DNA of 64,000 nt from an uncultured Bdellovibrionales bacterium (GTDB lineage Bacteria > Patescibacteriota > Minisyncoccia > Moranbacterales > UBA2206), in assembly GCA_964406815.1 (NCBI GenBank), contig CAYOTC010000003.1:7259-71258 (forward strand), given 5' to 3'. A program made the position numbers and the translations under genes. This document shows, piece by piece, positions 9,593-18,573 of this stretch. Under the pieces are notes generated by a model. That model was not told the origin of the DNA and did no database searches. It saw nothing but the letters and a program-made list of their open reading frames with translations. Within the stretch, counting starts at the first letter, position 1, and each line of letters opens with the position of its first letter.

Positions 9593-10828
9593 ATGAACTC
9601 CTATTTCCATAATAATTTTTATATCAAAGAAAAAGAGAAAAAACGCTCAATTTTCTCTTTAAAGAAAACTTGGCTGATTTTGATAATCGGATTGGCTTTG
9701 GGTTTTTTCGTGTGGAAATTATTTTTTCAAGAAGAAAAAATAGAAAAAATAGAAGTGAATATTCCGGAAGCGGTCGAGGAAATAGACGAGAAAGAACAGA
9801 CGGCGGAGTTTGAAAATAGTGAGCCGGTTGAATATTTCTACAAACCTATTCCGATATCAATGGATGTAATAAAAAACAAAGGATGTGTGGCAGACGGACT
9901 TCTTTCCGGATATGGAAAAGACACAAAAAATGCCGTGAAGATGGTTAATCGGTCGGAGTGCCGATATTTGCATCGAGCGTTGGAAACTTGGGGAGCGGCG
10001 CCGGATTTCAAGAAAGCTAAAAAAATAATGGAAAAAATCGGGAGGGATGATTTGATTTATGGAATGTTTATTGCAGAGAATATTAAAAAAAATGAAGAAT
10101 ATGAATATGAAGATGAAGATCGTGACTTTAATTTTAGAAAAATGTGTAGTCCTGGGACGGATAATGTTTGGGGAGAACACACTTGTAAACCCAGTCTTAA
10201 AAAAGAAGAATATCGCAAATATGTTCTTTATATGACAAAGCAGGCAATGGATGCTGGAATCCAAAGTTTTCTTTTTGGTCAAGTATATTATCAAGATGTA
10301 GCCGATATTGAGAAGACAGAACTTTTGGATGTTATGGTTGAAATGCGCACATATGCCGCTTCGAAAAATATGGATATTGTTATTGGAGCACAAACGGGAA
10401 ATATCCAGGACGAAGAATATCTTAGAATGTTTGATTTTGTAGAGGGTGGAGTTGGCATAGGAGAGGATGGAAAAATTGAAGATGGTCCTTGCTGGAGCAG
10501 GCTTTCTAGTTGCTGGGCGCTTCTTTGGCATGAAAAATATTCAACAAAAGCGCATAATGTTCTTCTTCACCTTGATTGGAGCGGTGTGAGTTTTGATGAT
10601 TCGAGTGTTTTTGCCAGAATGAATAGGGAAAAAAGAAAAGAAACGCTTGAGGAATTATATTCCTATTTTACTTCAAGAAATATGGGATTTCTTTTGCCAC
10701 TTATGGCAACTCTAGACAAAAATAATGGGGGATGTTATGGCCCAAGCAAGGGATTTTATAGCGCTTATGACGGTTATCGGTGTAAAGACGAAAAGACTAT
10801 AAATGATATATTGAGAGGAAAAAAATAA
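9593..10828 (+). CDS. Membrane-anchored extracellular hypothetical protein
   Basis: 411-aa ORF, single N-terminal TM, several Cys pairs. Confidence 0.75.
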   Translation: MNSYFHNNFYIKEKEKKRSIFSLKKTWLILIIGLALGFFVWKLFFQEEKIEKIEVNIPEAVEEIDEKEQTAEFENSEPVEYFYKPIPISMDVIKNKGCVADGLLSGYGKDTKNAVKMVNRSECRYLHRALETWGAAPDFKKAKKIMEKIGRDDLIYGMFIAENIKKNEEYEYEDEDRDFNFRKMCSPGTDNVWGEHTCKPSLKKEEYRKYVLYMTKQAMDAGIQSFLFGQVYYQDVADIEKTELLDVMVEMRTYAASKNMDIVIGAQTGNIQDEEYLRMFDFVEGGVGIGEDGKIEDGPCWSRLSSCWALLWHEKYSTKAHNVLLHLDWSGVSFDDSSVFARMNREKRKETLEELYSYFTSRNMGFLLPLMATLDKNNGGCYGPSKGFYSAYDGYRCKDEKTINDILRGKK

Positions 10829-10972
10829 GCTTAGCATTTTAATCTTAAAAATGGCTCAATTTAGCCATTTTTTATTTGGGAGAATTTTTTAAAATTATGG
10901 CTTGCTTTAGCCTAGAACAGTAAAGTCTAAAAAATAAAAAGGCTTATTATAGATAAAATTAGGCATAGTTGA

Positions 10973-11001
10973 TTGACTTCCGGCTTATTTTTTGCTATAC
11001 T
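10973..11001 (+). promoter_or_regulatory. Sigma70-type promoter for the 3D-domain gene
   Basis: TTGACT-17-TATACT with extended -10 TG. Confidence 0.65.
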
Positions 11002-11093
11002 ATTCAGTTAGGCTGAAGAAGCATTTCCGACCAAAACAAGAATATGGATTAGCCGAAAGTATCAGACTAACCTTAACAATTAAAAATTACTAC

Positions 11094-11630
11094 ATGCGTA
11101 TCATTAGCGCTTTAACCGTTATCCGGATGTTGATTCTGGTTATGCTCATTCCGAATGTAACCATAGCTTCTGGAGAAGTTAGTACTAATGAAACAAAAAT
11201 AAACTTTGAGCAAAAAGAAGAAAAAATAGTCACTACCAATCTCCTTGATATTTCACAGGATTTTTCCAATAGTAATCCTAAGATAATAAAGGAGATGAAA
11301 GAATTAAAAATTAAAAAAATACGTGAGAAGAAACTTCCGGAAGGAAAATTCACTATCAACGCTTCAGCCTATACGGCGGCGGCGGATGAATGTGGAAAAT
11401 CTGACGGAATAACCGCTTCAGGCAAGAAAGTTAAGGAAAATGAAACTATCGCTTGTCCTAAAAATTATCCCTTTGGTACTAAAATTAAGATTGAAGGGAT
11501 GGGTACATATGTTTGTCAGGATCGTGGGGGTGCGATCAAAGGGAATAAGATAGACATTTACATGGAGACCAAAGCGCAAGCTTTCGCCTTCGGTAGAAAA
11601 AATCTGACAGCAGAAATAGTCGAAATATAA
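11094..11630 (+). CDS. 3D (Asp-Asp-Asp) domain cell-wall protein
   Basis: ASAYT, DGITASG, IACP..PFGTKI, CQDRGGAIKGNKIDIYM, AFAFGRK; ATG at 11094. Confidence 0.9.
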   Translation: MRIISALTVIRMLILVMLIPNVTIASGEVSTNETKINFEQKEEKIVTTNLLDISQDFSNSNPKIIKEMKELKIKKIREKKLPEGKFTINASAYTAAADECGKSDGITASGKKVKENETIACPKNYPFGTKIKIEGMGTYVCQDRGGAIKGNKIDIYMETKAQAFAFGRKNLTAEIVEI

Positions 11631-11749
11631 TATTTAAATACGGACAGTTCCGATTTATTCGGGACTGTTTTCGTATCTCTAAAAGCCTTAATTGACTATC
11701 ATTGGGGCCTTTGTTAATATTGAATAAGTTATTGGTTCATATAAAATCC

Positions 11750-11820
11750 GGTCCGGTGGCCGAGCGGTTAGGCAAGGGTCTGCAAAACCCTGTACAGCAG
11801 TTCAATTCTGCTCCGGACCT
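11750..11820 (+). tRNA. tRNA-Cys(GCA)
   Basis: ggtccgg/ccggacc acceptor, agggt-ctGCAaa-accct. Confidence 0.95.
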
Positions 11821-11854
11821 CAAAAGAGTCTTTCTATTGAAAATGAAATTATAA

Positions 11855-11938
11855 GCCCGGATGGTGAAATTGGTAGACACAAGGGACTTAAAATCCCTCG
11901 GCAGAAATGCCTTGCGAGTTCGAGTCTCGCTCCGGGCA
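11855..11938 (+). tRNA. tRNA-Leu(TAA)
   Basis: gcccgga/tccgggc acceptor, aggga-ctTAAaa-tccct, variable arm. Confidence 0.95.
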
Positions 11939-12032
11939 CAAATCGTCGTTTGGTTTTTATATGTAGTTCTTTGGCTAGAAGCTGTTTTTATTTATCTTTA
12001 AACTCATCATAATTTTAAGGAGGAATGGTTTT

Positions 12033-12167
12033 ATGGCGAAATCCGGAGATGATACTGGACGTGGCAAATGTTCACCAGGAAGCAAGAAGGCTTTAAAAAG
12101 GAAAATAGATGAAGAGAGAAGAAATAGGAAGAAATTATTTCTGCGAAAAAAGATTAAAAAAAGATAA
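12033..12167 (+). CDS. Small basic protein, 44 aa (not in ORF track)
   Basis: AAGGAGG SD at 12017-12023; MAKSGDDTGRGKCSPGSKKALKRKIDEERRNRKKLFLRKKIKKR; followed by GC hairpin. Confidence 0.55.
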   Translation: MAKSGDDTGRGKCSPGSKKALKRKIDEERRNRKKLFLRKKIKKR

Positions 12168-12197
12168 ATAATTTTTTTAAAAGAACTTTTTTATAAA

Positions 12198-12230
12198 GGG
12201 CGGCCGAAATTCGGACCGCCCCAGTTTTTT
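12198..12230. terminator. Intrinsic terminator
   Basis: gggcggccgaa/ttcggaccgccc hairpin with T-run. Confidence 0.7.
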
Positions 12231-12246
12231 TATAAACTAAGAAAGA

Positions 12247-12855
12247 TTATTTTTCACTCTCAATTTTTTCCAGCACTTTTGGAATACGTTTAAAATCTTT
12301 AATAAGCACTTCACGCATGCTGCCGTTATAAAGCGCGGCGGCTGGATGATAAAGAGTATAAAACACTTGTCTGACGGCAGGCAAGCCTGCTTCGCTTAGT
12401 CTTTCAATCTCCCGACGCATCGCTTTGCCATGCACTTCTGATATTTTCTGGCCGGGCAAAAATCTTTCCATTGAGTGACGGCCGAGAGTGACAATCAGTT
12501 TTGGTTGGATTATTTTTATTTGCGAAAGAAGCCATGGCCAGCAAGAGGTCGCTTCCTCCGGAAGCGGATCGCGGTTTTGCGGCGGACGACATTTCACAAC
12601 ATTGGCGATATAGACATCTTCACGCTTGAGATTGATTGATGATAGCATTTCATCTAAAAATTTTCCGGCCGCACCGACAAAAGGTTTACCGAGTTCATCC
12701 TCTTTTGCTCCCGGACCTTCGCCGATAAACATAATCTTTGCTTCAGCATTGCCATCACCGGGGACGACTTGCTTGCAGCCTTTCCGCAAAACGCATTTCG
12801 AGCAAGCCGACATGATTATATTGAGCTTTTCCAATTGTTCTTTTTTCGATTCCAT
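12247..12855 (-). CDS. Uracil-DNA glycosylase family 4
   Basis: CxxC..C Fe-S ligands, GEGPG, PFVGAAG, NVVKCRPPQNRDP, YHPAAALY. Confidence 0.95.
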   Translation of the reverse strand: MESKKEQLEKLNIIMSACSKCVLRKGCKQVVPGDGNAEAKIMFIGEGPGAKEDELGKPFVGAAGKFLDEMLSSINLKREDVYIANVVKCRPPQNRDPLPEEATSCWPWLLSQIKIIQPKLIVTLGRHSMERFLPGQKISEVHGKAMRREIERLSEAGLPAVRQVFYTLYHPAAALYNGSMREVLIKDFKRIPKVLEKIESEK

Positions 12856-12856
12856 G

Positions 12857-13450
12857 TTATTTCAAGTCATGAATTCTTATCAATTTAAAATCATCATCAG
12901 TGTTCCAAACAGCAAAAGTAGGAGGATATATTTCTCCAGCTGTCGTTCCAGGATTGAGCAAGGTGTATTCTCTTTGGTTTGCATCAGCTTTAGCTTTTTC
13001 AATCCAAGGTTTATGAGTGTGTCCATAAAAGACGAAATCATATTTTCCAGTGAGGGCCAAGCCTCTGGCTTTTTCAGGAAAATGGACGAAAGCGACGTTC
13101 TTTTTTTCAATAATGACTTCGCCAAAATCTTTGAATAAGTATATTTGTTTATATTTAGTTGTCATGCCGAACTTGTTTCGGAGTCTATTGTCTTGAGATT
13201 CTGAATCAAGTTCAGAATGACATTCTTTTTGTTTCTCTTCTGCTAATTCTCGCAAATCATCATATTCCGCATTTCCGAATGTAATGAGAATATTGCCGGA
13301 GAAATTGTCATTCAAAAAATCCAAGGTTTCTTTAGACGCAATATCTCCGCAGCAGATTATCGTGCCTATCTTTTCTTTCGCGCAATAATCCAGAACCTTT
13401 TTCAGATTCACTTCATTATTATGAATGTCGGAAATGATAGCGGTTAACAT
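12857..13450 (-). CDS. Metallophosphoesterase (YfcE-like) with in-frame repeat insertion
   Basis: ISDIH, CCGD, GN, YGHTH, LNPG. Confidence 0.9.
   Translation of the reverse strand: MLTAIISDIHNNEVNLKKVLDYCAKEKIGTIICCGDIASKETLDFLNDNFSGNILITFGNAEYDDLRELAEEKQKECHSELDSESQDNRLRNKFGMTTKYKQIYLFKDFGEVIIEKKNVAFVHFPEKARGLALTGKYDFVFYGHTHKPWIEKAKADANQREYTLLNPGTTAGEIYPPTFAVWNTDDDFKLIRIHDLK
13160..13222. repeat. Palindromic REP/RPE-like element (TGTCATTCYGRAC...AATCT family), in-frame in CDS
   Basis: Two inverted 27-bp arms; 63 bp = 21 codons; related arms at 17031-17126 and 29665-29913. Confidence 0.85.
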
Positions 13451-13465
13451 GGTTATTTTTTTAGT

Positions 13466-13999
13466 TTATTCCAATTCTCCTACGATTTTTGCCACAGACT
13501 GAATGGTTCCGGTCGTATCAAGAATATTTTTCTTAACAAATCCCTTTGCGCCGGCTGACAGAAATTCTTGATTATAATCCGGTTCGCTTGAAAATCCTAT
13601 GCAAACAATTTCCGGATTATGATGCATTATTACTCTAACCACATCAGCCCCATTGATTTTATTTGCAAGATTTTTGTCCATCAGGACTATATCTGGATTG
13701 TCTTTTAATATTTTACCGGCAAGCCCTCCGATTGTTTGATCAGTGTGGAGCAAAAACGAAGCATTATCATCTGTGGCGAGTATCAGTTCCGGAACAAAAT
13801 CAGAAATTATTTTAGCAAAATCATCAACCATAATGACTTTCTTGTCTTTTAGTGCTTCGCAATTTTCTATATTCCTTTCTATTTTCTTATAGCGCATAGT
13901 CAAACTCAATTTTTCCATTTCTTCATTTACTCTTTTTAATCTTTGCTGGTAAGCTTTTTCTTCCGGAGAGATTTCGATTGCAGGAGTCAGATTTTCCAT
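13466..13999 (-). CDS. Orphan response-regulator receiver-domain protein
   Basis: VIMVDD, PDIVLMD, GFSS, GAKGFVKK. Confidence 0.8.
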   Translation of the reverse strand: MENLTPAIEISPEEKAYQQRLKRVNEEMEKLSLTMRYKKIERNIENCEALKDKKVIMVDDFAKIISDFVPELILATDDNASFLLHTDQTIGGLAGKILKDNPDIVLMDKNLANKINGADVVRVIMHHNPEIVCIGFSSEPDYNQEFLSAGAKGFVKKNILDTTGTIQSVAKIVGELE

Positions 14000-14018
14000 G
14001 TTTTTTATTGTTAATAAT

Positions 14019-14843
14019 TTAGGACCAATAATCGTCAGATTCTTCGTCAGCTGGAGGATTATCTTTCGAATCTTTCGCAGTGGAATTCATTTCTTGCCAA
14101 GTCTTGCTGGCGTTCCAAAGCAGTTCATAAAAAACTCGCATAGTTTTAGTGTAGTCTTCGCTTTCTATGATAAGTCCGAAGCCTTCTTTGCGCGAGCTCA
14201 AAACAGCAACTTTATTATCCCAGATTCCAATAGCATCTGGAATGTCGATTTCTTTCGGAGCGAATCTTACTTTTCTAAGCGTCTCTTCATATGTCTTCGG
14301 GTCGGTATATTTGTATGTCTCAACTCCTCGGCTCAAAATATGAATGGAGCGTATCCAATAGCCCATCTTCTTTTTAGTTTCTACATATTTTTCCAAAAAA
14401 TCTTTACCTACTGTTTCTGTAACAGTACTAATTGGGGAGATCCAATCTGCTTTCTTATACTTAGCTTCAAGAGCTGTAATATAAATATTTCTCAAGCCAT
14501 CCCTTCCTTCATAATAGGTGATTTTTGGCTTCGTCGCGCTGGCATTGTTTAAAGATCGCAATTCCGGAAGCATCTGGCTCAAAAGCTGTTCTTTTTCCTT
14601 GATGTTATGCTTTAGTTTTTCCGGTTCGCTAGCTAAATAAGCCTTCCTTTTACCTTTTATGGATTCGGTTATTAGGCCTGAAGTAGACAGTTTTTTGATC
14701 ATTTCATAGACAGTGCTTCTTTTTATGCCTGATTTTTGGGTCAATTTTTGAATATTGGTCTCTCCAAGCTCAAGAGCGGCTAAATAAACTTTAGCTTCTT
14801 TTTCCTCCAAACCGAATCGTTGTAGGTCATTTTCTAGGCTCAT
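14019..14843 (-). CDS. TrmB-family transcriptional regulator
   Basis: GLEEKEAKVYLAALELG HTH, KPKITYYEGRDG, IIES..FYELLW. Confidence 0.9.
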   Translation of the reverse strand: MSLENDLQRFGLEEKEAKVYLAALELGETNIQKLTQKSGIKRSTVYEMIKKLSTSGLITESIKGKRKAYLASEPEKLKHNIKEKEQLLSQMLPELRSLNNASATKPKITYYEGRDGLRNIYITALEAKYKKADWISPISTVTETVGKDFLEKYVETKKKMGYWIRSIHILSRGVETYKYTDPKTYEETLRKVRFAPKEIDIPDAIGIWDNKVAVLSSRKEGFGLIIESEDYTKTMRVFYELLWNASKTWQEMNSTAKDSKDNPPADEESDDYWS

Positions 14844-14949
14844 AATATATTAATTCTATAAAATAACGATAAAATTGTCAATATTTATATTATAAATAAT
14901 CTTTATTTAAAGAAATATTAATAATATAAATAAAAATTAGACAATATTA

Positions 14950-14978
14950 TTGACATTTTAATGATTTTGGAGTATAAT
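14950..14978 (+). promoter_or_regulatory. Consensus sigma70 promoter
   Basis: TTGACA-17-TATAAT. Confidence 0.8.
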
Positions 14979-15037
14979 TGCTTGTTACGATGAAATAACG
15001 ACCGAACATTAAAAACTTCATAAAAAAGGAGAACAAA

Positions 15038-15682
15038 ATGAAAAGTTTAAACGATTGCATCAATTATTTAAGGCGCAATAGAAATCATGTTGGTTGCATC
15101 ATGGATCTTCCTGAGAAATTCAGAAAAAACAAACTGATTGTTCTAGAGACAGTCAAACAGCTTGCTGAAAATCTTAAACATGTAGATAAGAAATTCCAAT
15201 CAGATAAAGAAGTTGTTCTTGAAGCGGTGAGAGCTGGTGGCGATGGATTTATTTGGGCGGATGAAAAGTTAAAAAATGATAGAAATTTCGCATTGGAAGC
15301 GGTAAAGATTAATAATGCTGCTTTCCAATATGTTTCGAAAATTTTTAAATCAGACAGGGAATTTGTATGGGAAGCAGTCGAGAATTTTTCATATGCACTT
15401 AGGTATTGCTCAACAGAATTCTTGAATGACAAAGAGTTAGTTTTAAAAGCAGTTAGAAATTCAAGCTGGGCATTCCAATATGTCTCCAAAGAATTGCAGG
15501 AAGATGAAGAAATAATTATTGAAGCTTTGCGGACATCAGAAAGGGAAGATGAAGATATAGACTACTTGGTACTCAGGTATGTTTTGGAGGATCTACAAGG
15601 TCACAGAAACATAGCCACCCAAATACTAAGTCGATATCCCCACTTAAAAATGTGGCATCCTCATTTGCTTAAAAATTTGTGA
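15038..15682 (+). CDS. DUF4116-like repeat protein
   Basis: ~25-aa repeats D(K/R)E(V/F/L)V(L/W)EAV..(A)(F/L)QY(V/C)S. Confidence 0.85.
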   Translation: MKSLNDCINYLRRNRNHVGCIMDLPEKFRKNKLIVLETVKQLAENLKHVDKKFQSDKEVVLEAVRAGGDGFIWADEKLKNDRNFALEAVKINNAAFQYVSKIFKSDREFVWEAVENFSYALRYCSTEFLNDKELVLKAVRNSSWAFQYVSKELQEDEEIIIEALRTSEREDEDIDYLVLRYVLEDLQGHRNIATQILSRYPHLKMWHPHLLKNL

Positions 15683-15749
15683 TTAAAATATCACAAAAGG
15701 CAGGAACTAAATCTAGTTCTTGCCTCTTTTTTATTTTTAAAAAGATATG

Positions 15750-16073
15750 TTAGGCTTTTCCGTATTCGAGAAATATTATTGCGGCGATACCGAGGCATAG
15801 CCCGGTAATTTTATAGGCGGTGATGTTTTCATGGAAGAAAAAATATCCGACTATCGTAAGTGTAATGATATTAAAAATGACCATCGCCATTGAAGCCACG
15901 GCGATGTTTTGATATTTATAACTGTGAGCCAAAAAATTCATGCTGATAAGATAGAGTAGGATTCCAACAATATATAATGACGGGTAGGATTTTATTACCC
16001 AGTTCTTGAGAACAATATCTCCAATTGTGAGGATTATTCCAGCTGCAATGACTAAGATTAGGGGTGTGCTCAT
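15750..16073 (-). CDS. SMR/EamA-like small membrane transporter
   Basis: 107 aa, four TM segments, GYFFFHE..GL.LG. Confidence 0.75.
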   Translation of the reverse strand: MSTPLILVIAAGIILTIGDIVLKNWVIKSYPSLYIVGILLYLISMNFLAHSYKYQNIAVASMAMVIFNIITLTIVGYFFFHENITAYKITGLCLGIAAIIFLEYGKA

Positions 16074-16089
16074 TTTATATTTTTAAATT

Positions 16090-16911
16090 TTATTTCCTTA
16101 AAGACTTTAATATTTCTATATCATCTCTCACTTTGTCATGTTCGGTTTCCAAAATCATATCGATATCATTTTTCTTCGCAAACTTGACGATATTATCAAA
16201 AGCTTCTTTTCCGATGTTTCCTTCTCCGATATGAGCGTGACGGTCGCGGTTCGATCCACATTCAGTGGCACTGTCATTCGCATGGAAAAGTTTTATATTT
16301 TCCAAACCGATTTCTTCGTCTATCTTTTTGAGTGTTGATTTAAAATCGCGCCAATCATATCCGGAAGCAAAAGAGTGCTGTGTGTCCAGACATATTCCGG
16401 CGATATTATCGTTATCAACTTTTTTGATTATTTCTCCAAATTCCTTCAAACTATCTCCGATTATCATTCCGGCGCCGGCACTGTTTTCCAAAAGCAATTT
16501 GGCCGAACCGGAATAACCTTCCAAACATTTTTTGAGCATTTCAACAGTTTTTTCTTCAGCTTCTTTTTCTCCCAAATCTTTGGCGGTTCCAAGATGGGTC
16601 ATGACATATTTCGCACCGATAAGAGAGGCGCGTTCCAGTTCATCACGCACTACAGAGACACTGCCATAGCGGATTCTGTTATTACTCGAAGCGAAGTTTA
16701 TATAATACGGCGTATGGACGACGACAGTATTTATCTTATATTTCTCAACTAGCGATTTGAATTGGGAAATTATCTTTTCGGTAAGCTCGGGGGCTTTTCC
16801 TCCTTGCGGGGAGCGGGTGAAAATCTGCATGCACTCGCAACCTAAATCAGCGGCGCGTTCCGGCGCTTTATCGATTCCTCCTGCGATTGAAATGTGACAA
16901 CCGATGTTCAT
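16090..16911 (-). CDS. nfo: Endonuclease IV
   Basis: IGCHISIAGG, QIFTRSP, HTPYYIN, LLENSAG, CLDTQH, HANDS, DRHAHIG; ATG at 16911. Confidence 0.95.
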   Translation of the reverse strand: MNIGCHISIAGGIDKAPERAADLGCECMQIFTRSPQGGKAPELTEKIISQFKSLVEKYKINTVVVHTPYYINFASSNNRIRYGSVSVVRDELERASLIGAKYVMTHLGTAKDLGEKEAEEKTVEMLKKCLEGYSGSAKLLLENSAGAGMIIGDSLKEFGEIIKKVDNDNIAGICLDTQHSFASGYDWRDFKSTLKKIDEEIGLENIKLFHANDSATECGSNRDRHAHIGEGNIGKEAFDNIVKFAKKNDIDMILETEHDKVRDDIEILKSLRK

Positions 16912-17030
16912 TTTAGTATTGAGTATAAAGTATCTCGTATTCAGTATAAGATAAAAAATATCAAATACCAAATTATTTTTTTCTAATTAAAAAGTGCCGC
17001 GGAGCGACACTTTATTTATTGTTGATATTT

Positions 17031-17126
17031 TTTCATACTGAATTTACCGTGCCTCGCCGGCAGGCGGGTTTCAGCATCTAGGATTATTTTGTTTTAGTTA
17101 GATTCTGAAACAAGTTCAGAATGACA
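17031..17126. repeat. Palindromic repeat element with a second small palindrome nested in its left arm
   Basis: tttcatactgaattta[ccgtgcctcgccggcaggcggg]tttcagcatct ... agattctgaaacaagttcagaatgaca. Confidence 0.75.
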
Positions 17127-17134
17127 TTATAAAA

Positions 17135-18094
17135 CTATTCAATTTTCCAACCATTTTCCGTCTCAATTATCCTTCCTTTGATTTCAAAGCCCGAGGCGAG
17201 TTTGTGGCCGCCACCGCCGAATTCGGCCGCCATTTTGGAAACGTCCACTCCTTTATATTCTTCAGAACGAAGGCTGCCTTTTATGATCCCGTCTTCTCGT
17301 TCAGAAAGTATCAAAGAAAATTTTGTTCCGGGAACGGTATTCAAAATTGAAGCGACTTGGGCAATATCATCTGTTCCGGCATTGCATTCATCCAGATCTT
17401 TCTTAGTTAGAACGGAAACAATCATACCGTTTTCTTGATTTATTTTGGCTCGATCAAATGCTTTGCCCCAAAGTTTCAGAGTGGAGATTTTTTTATTGCT
17501 GAAAGTGGAATTGACGATTTTTGATATAGGCGCGCCCTTTTTCATAAGGTCGGATATGATATTGAGGACAGTCGGAGTGGTATTGGAATGTTGAAGCATA
17601 CCGGTGTCGGAAAGAATTCCTAGCATAAGATAGGTTGCCATCTCTTTAGTAATTTCTATTTTATTGAAGGAAAAGAAATCATAAATCATTTCGCAGACCG
17701 AGGAGTACATCGGATCGATGATGGTGATGTCTCCTTTTATGGTTATATCCGGATGATGATCGATGAGGGCGATTATCTGTTCTTCTTTGATATTTGGCAA
17801 TATTTTTTCAAATCCTCTTTCGACACTGTCAGTGGCGATTATCAGTTTGTATTTTTCAAGTTTCAATTCATCCGGCGCCAGAAATTTTTCATCAGAAAAA
17901 GAACCAAGATATTCCGGAAATCGGTCGAAACAAGCAATTTCAACATTTTTTCCAAGACCTTGGATATATTCCTTGAGCGCAAGAACCGAACCGGTCGTGT
18001 CGCCGTCCGGCCGGGTATGCGCAAAAAGCAGGATATTGTCCGATCCCTTGATGGCATAATTCAATGTGTTGTAATCGCTGGCGAATTTTTTCAT
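17135..18094 (-). CDS. nrnA: DHH-family oligoribonuclease/PAP phosphatase
   Basis: HTRPDGD, IDHH, GILSDTG, GSLRS, GGGGHKLASG. Confidence 0.9.
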   Translation of the reverse strand: MKKFASDYNTLNYAIKGSDNILLFAHTRPDGDTTGSVLALKEYIQGLGKNVEIACFDRFPEYLGSFSDEKFLAPDELKLEKYKLIIATDSVERGFEKILPNIKEEQIIALIDHHPDITIKGDITIIDPMYSSVCEMIYDFFSFNKIEITKEMATYLMLGILSDTGMLQHSNTTPTVLNIISDLMKKGAPISKIVNSTFSNKKISTLKLWGKAFDRAKINQENGMIVSVLTKKDLDECNAGTDDIAQVASILNTVPGTKFSLILSEREDGIIKGSLRSEEYKGVDVSKMAAEFGGGGHKLASGFEIKGRIIETENGWKIE

Positions 18095-18139
18095 AACATC
18101 TTAAAAAATAAAGCGCGAATTTTTTATCGCACTTTAGTT

Positions 18140-18469
18140 TTATATTTCTTTCAGAATTTTTTCTATTTCATCGGCTTTGGATTCTGTAAAATCGAGCCTG
18201 AATTCCACTTTCGGAAGCGGTTTCATAACAAGTTTTCTATTGAGGTTTGATTGGATGCGATGAAGCTCTTTTTTGAGCGTTTCTTTGGCATAGCCGATTT
18301 CTTTGTCCGGGAAAATACTCACGAACACCCGAGTATAGCGAAGATCGGGAGTTGTGTCAACTTTTGATATCGTTATGAAAACTCCCGGCTTAAGATTGAG
18401 TTCCAGGCTGATTATTTCGCCGACATGGCGTTTTACAAGTTCATTTATCTTCTCGATTCTTAGAGACAT
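18140..18469 (-). CDS. rbfA: Ribosome-binding factor A
   Basis: RIEKINE, ITISKVDTTPDLRY, PKVEFRLD; downstream of infB. Confidence 0.92.
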   Translation of the reverse strand: MSLRIEKINELVKRHVGEIISLELNLKPGVFITISKVDTTPDLRYTRVFVSIFPDKEIGYAKETLKKELHRIQSNLNRKLVMKPLPKVEFRLDFTESKADEIEKILKEI

Positions 18470-18573
18470 AGCTTATGAAAAATTTAAAGGTAAAGAGTAA
18501 AGATTTTTTTGGAAAATATAGGTTCTCAAACAATAACTCCAGATAAATTTTTTTAGTTATCTGGATATTTAGA

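Noticed and set aside
11007-11071. Canonical c-di-AMP (ydaO) riboswitch
   Set aside because: Too short and lacks the conserved GGGGA and GGTGAA elements; kept only as an unclassified candidate leader
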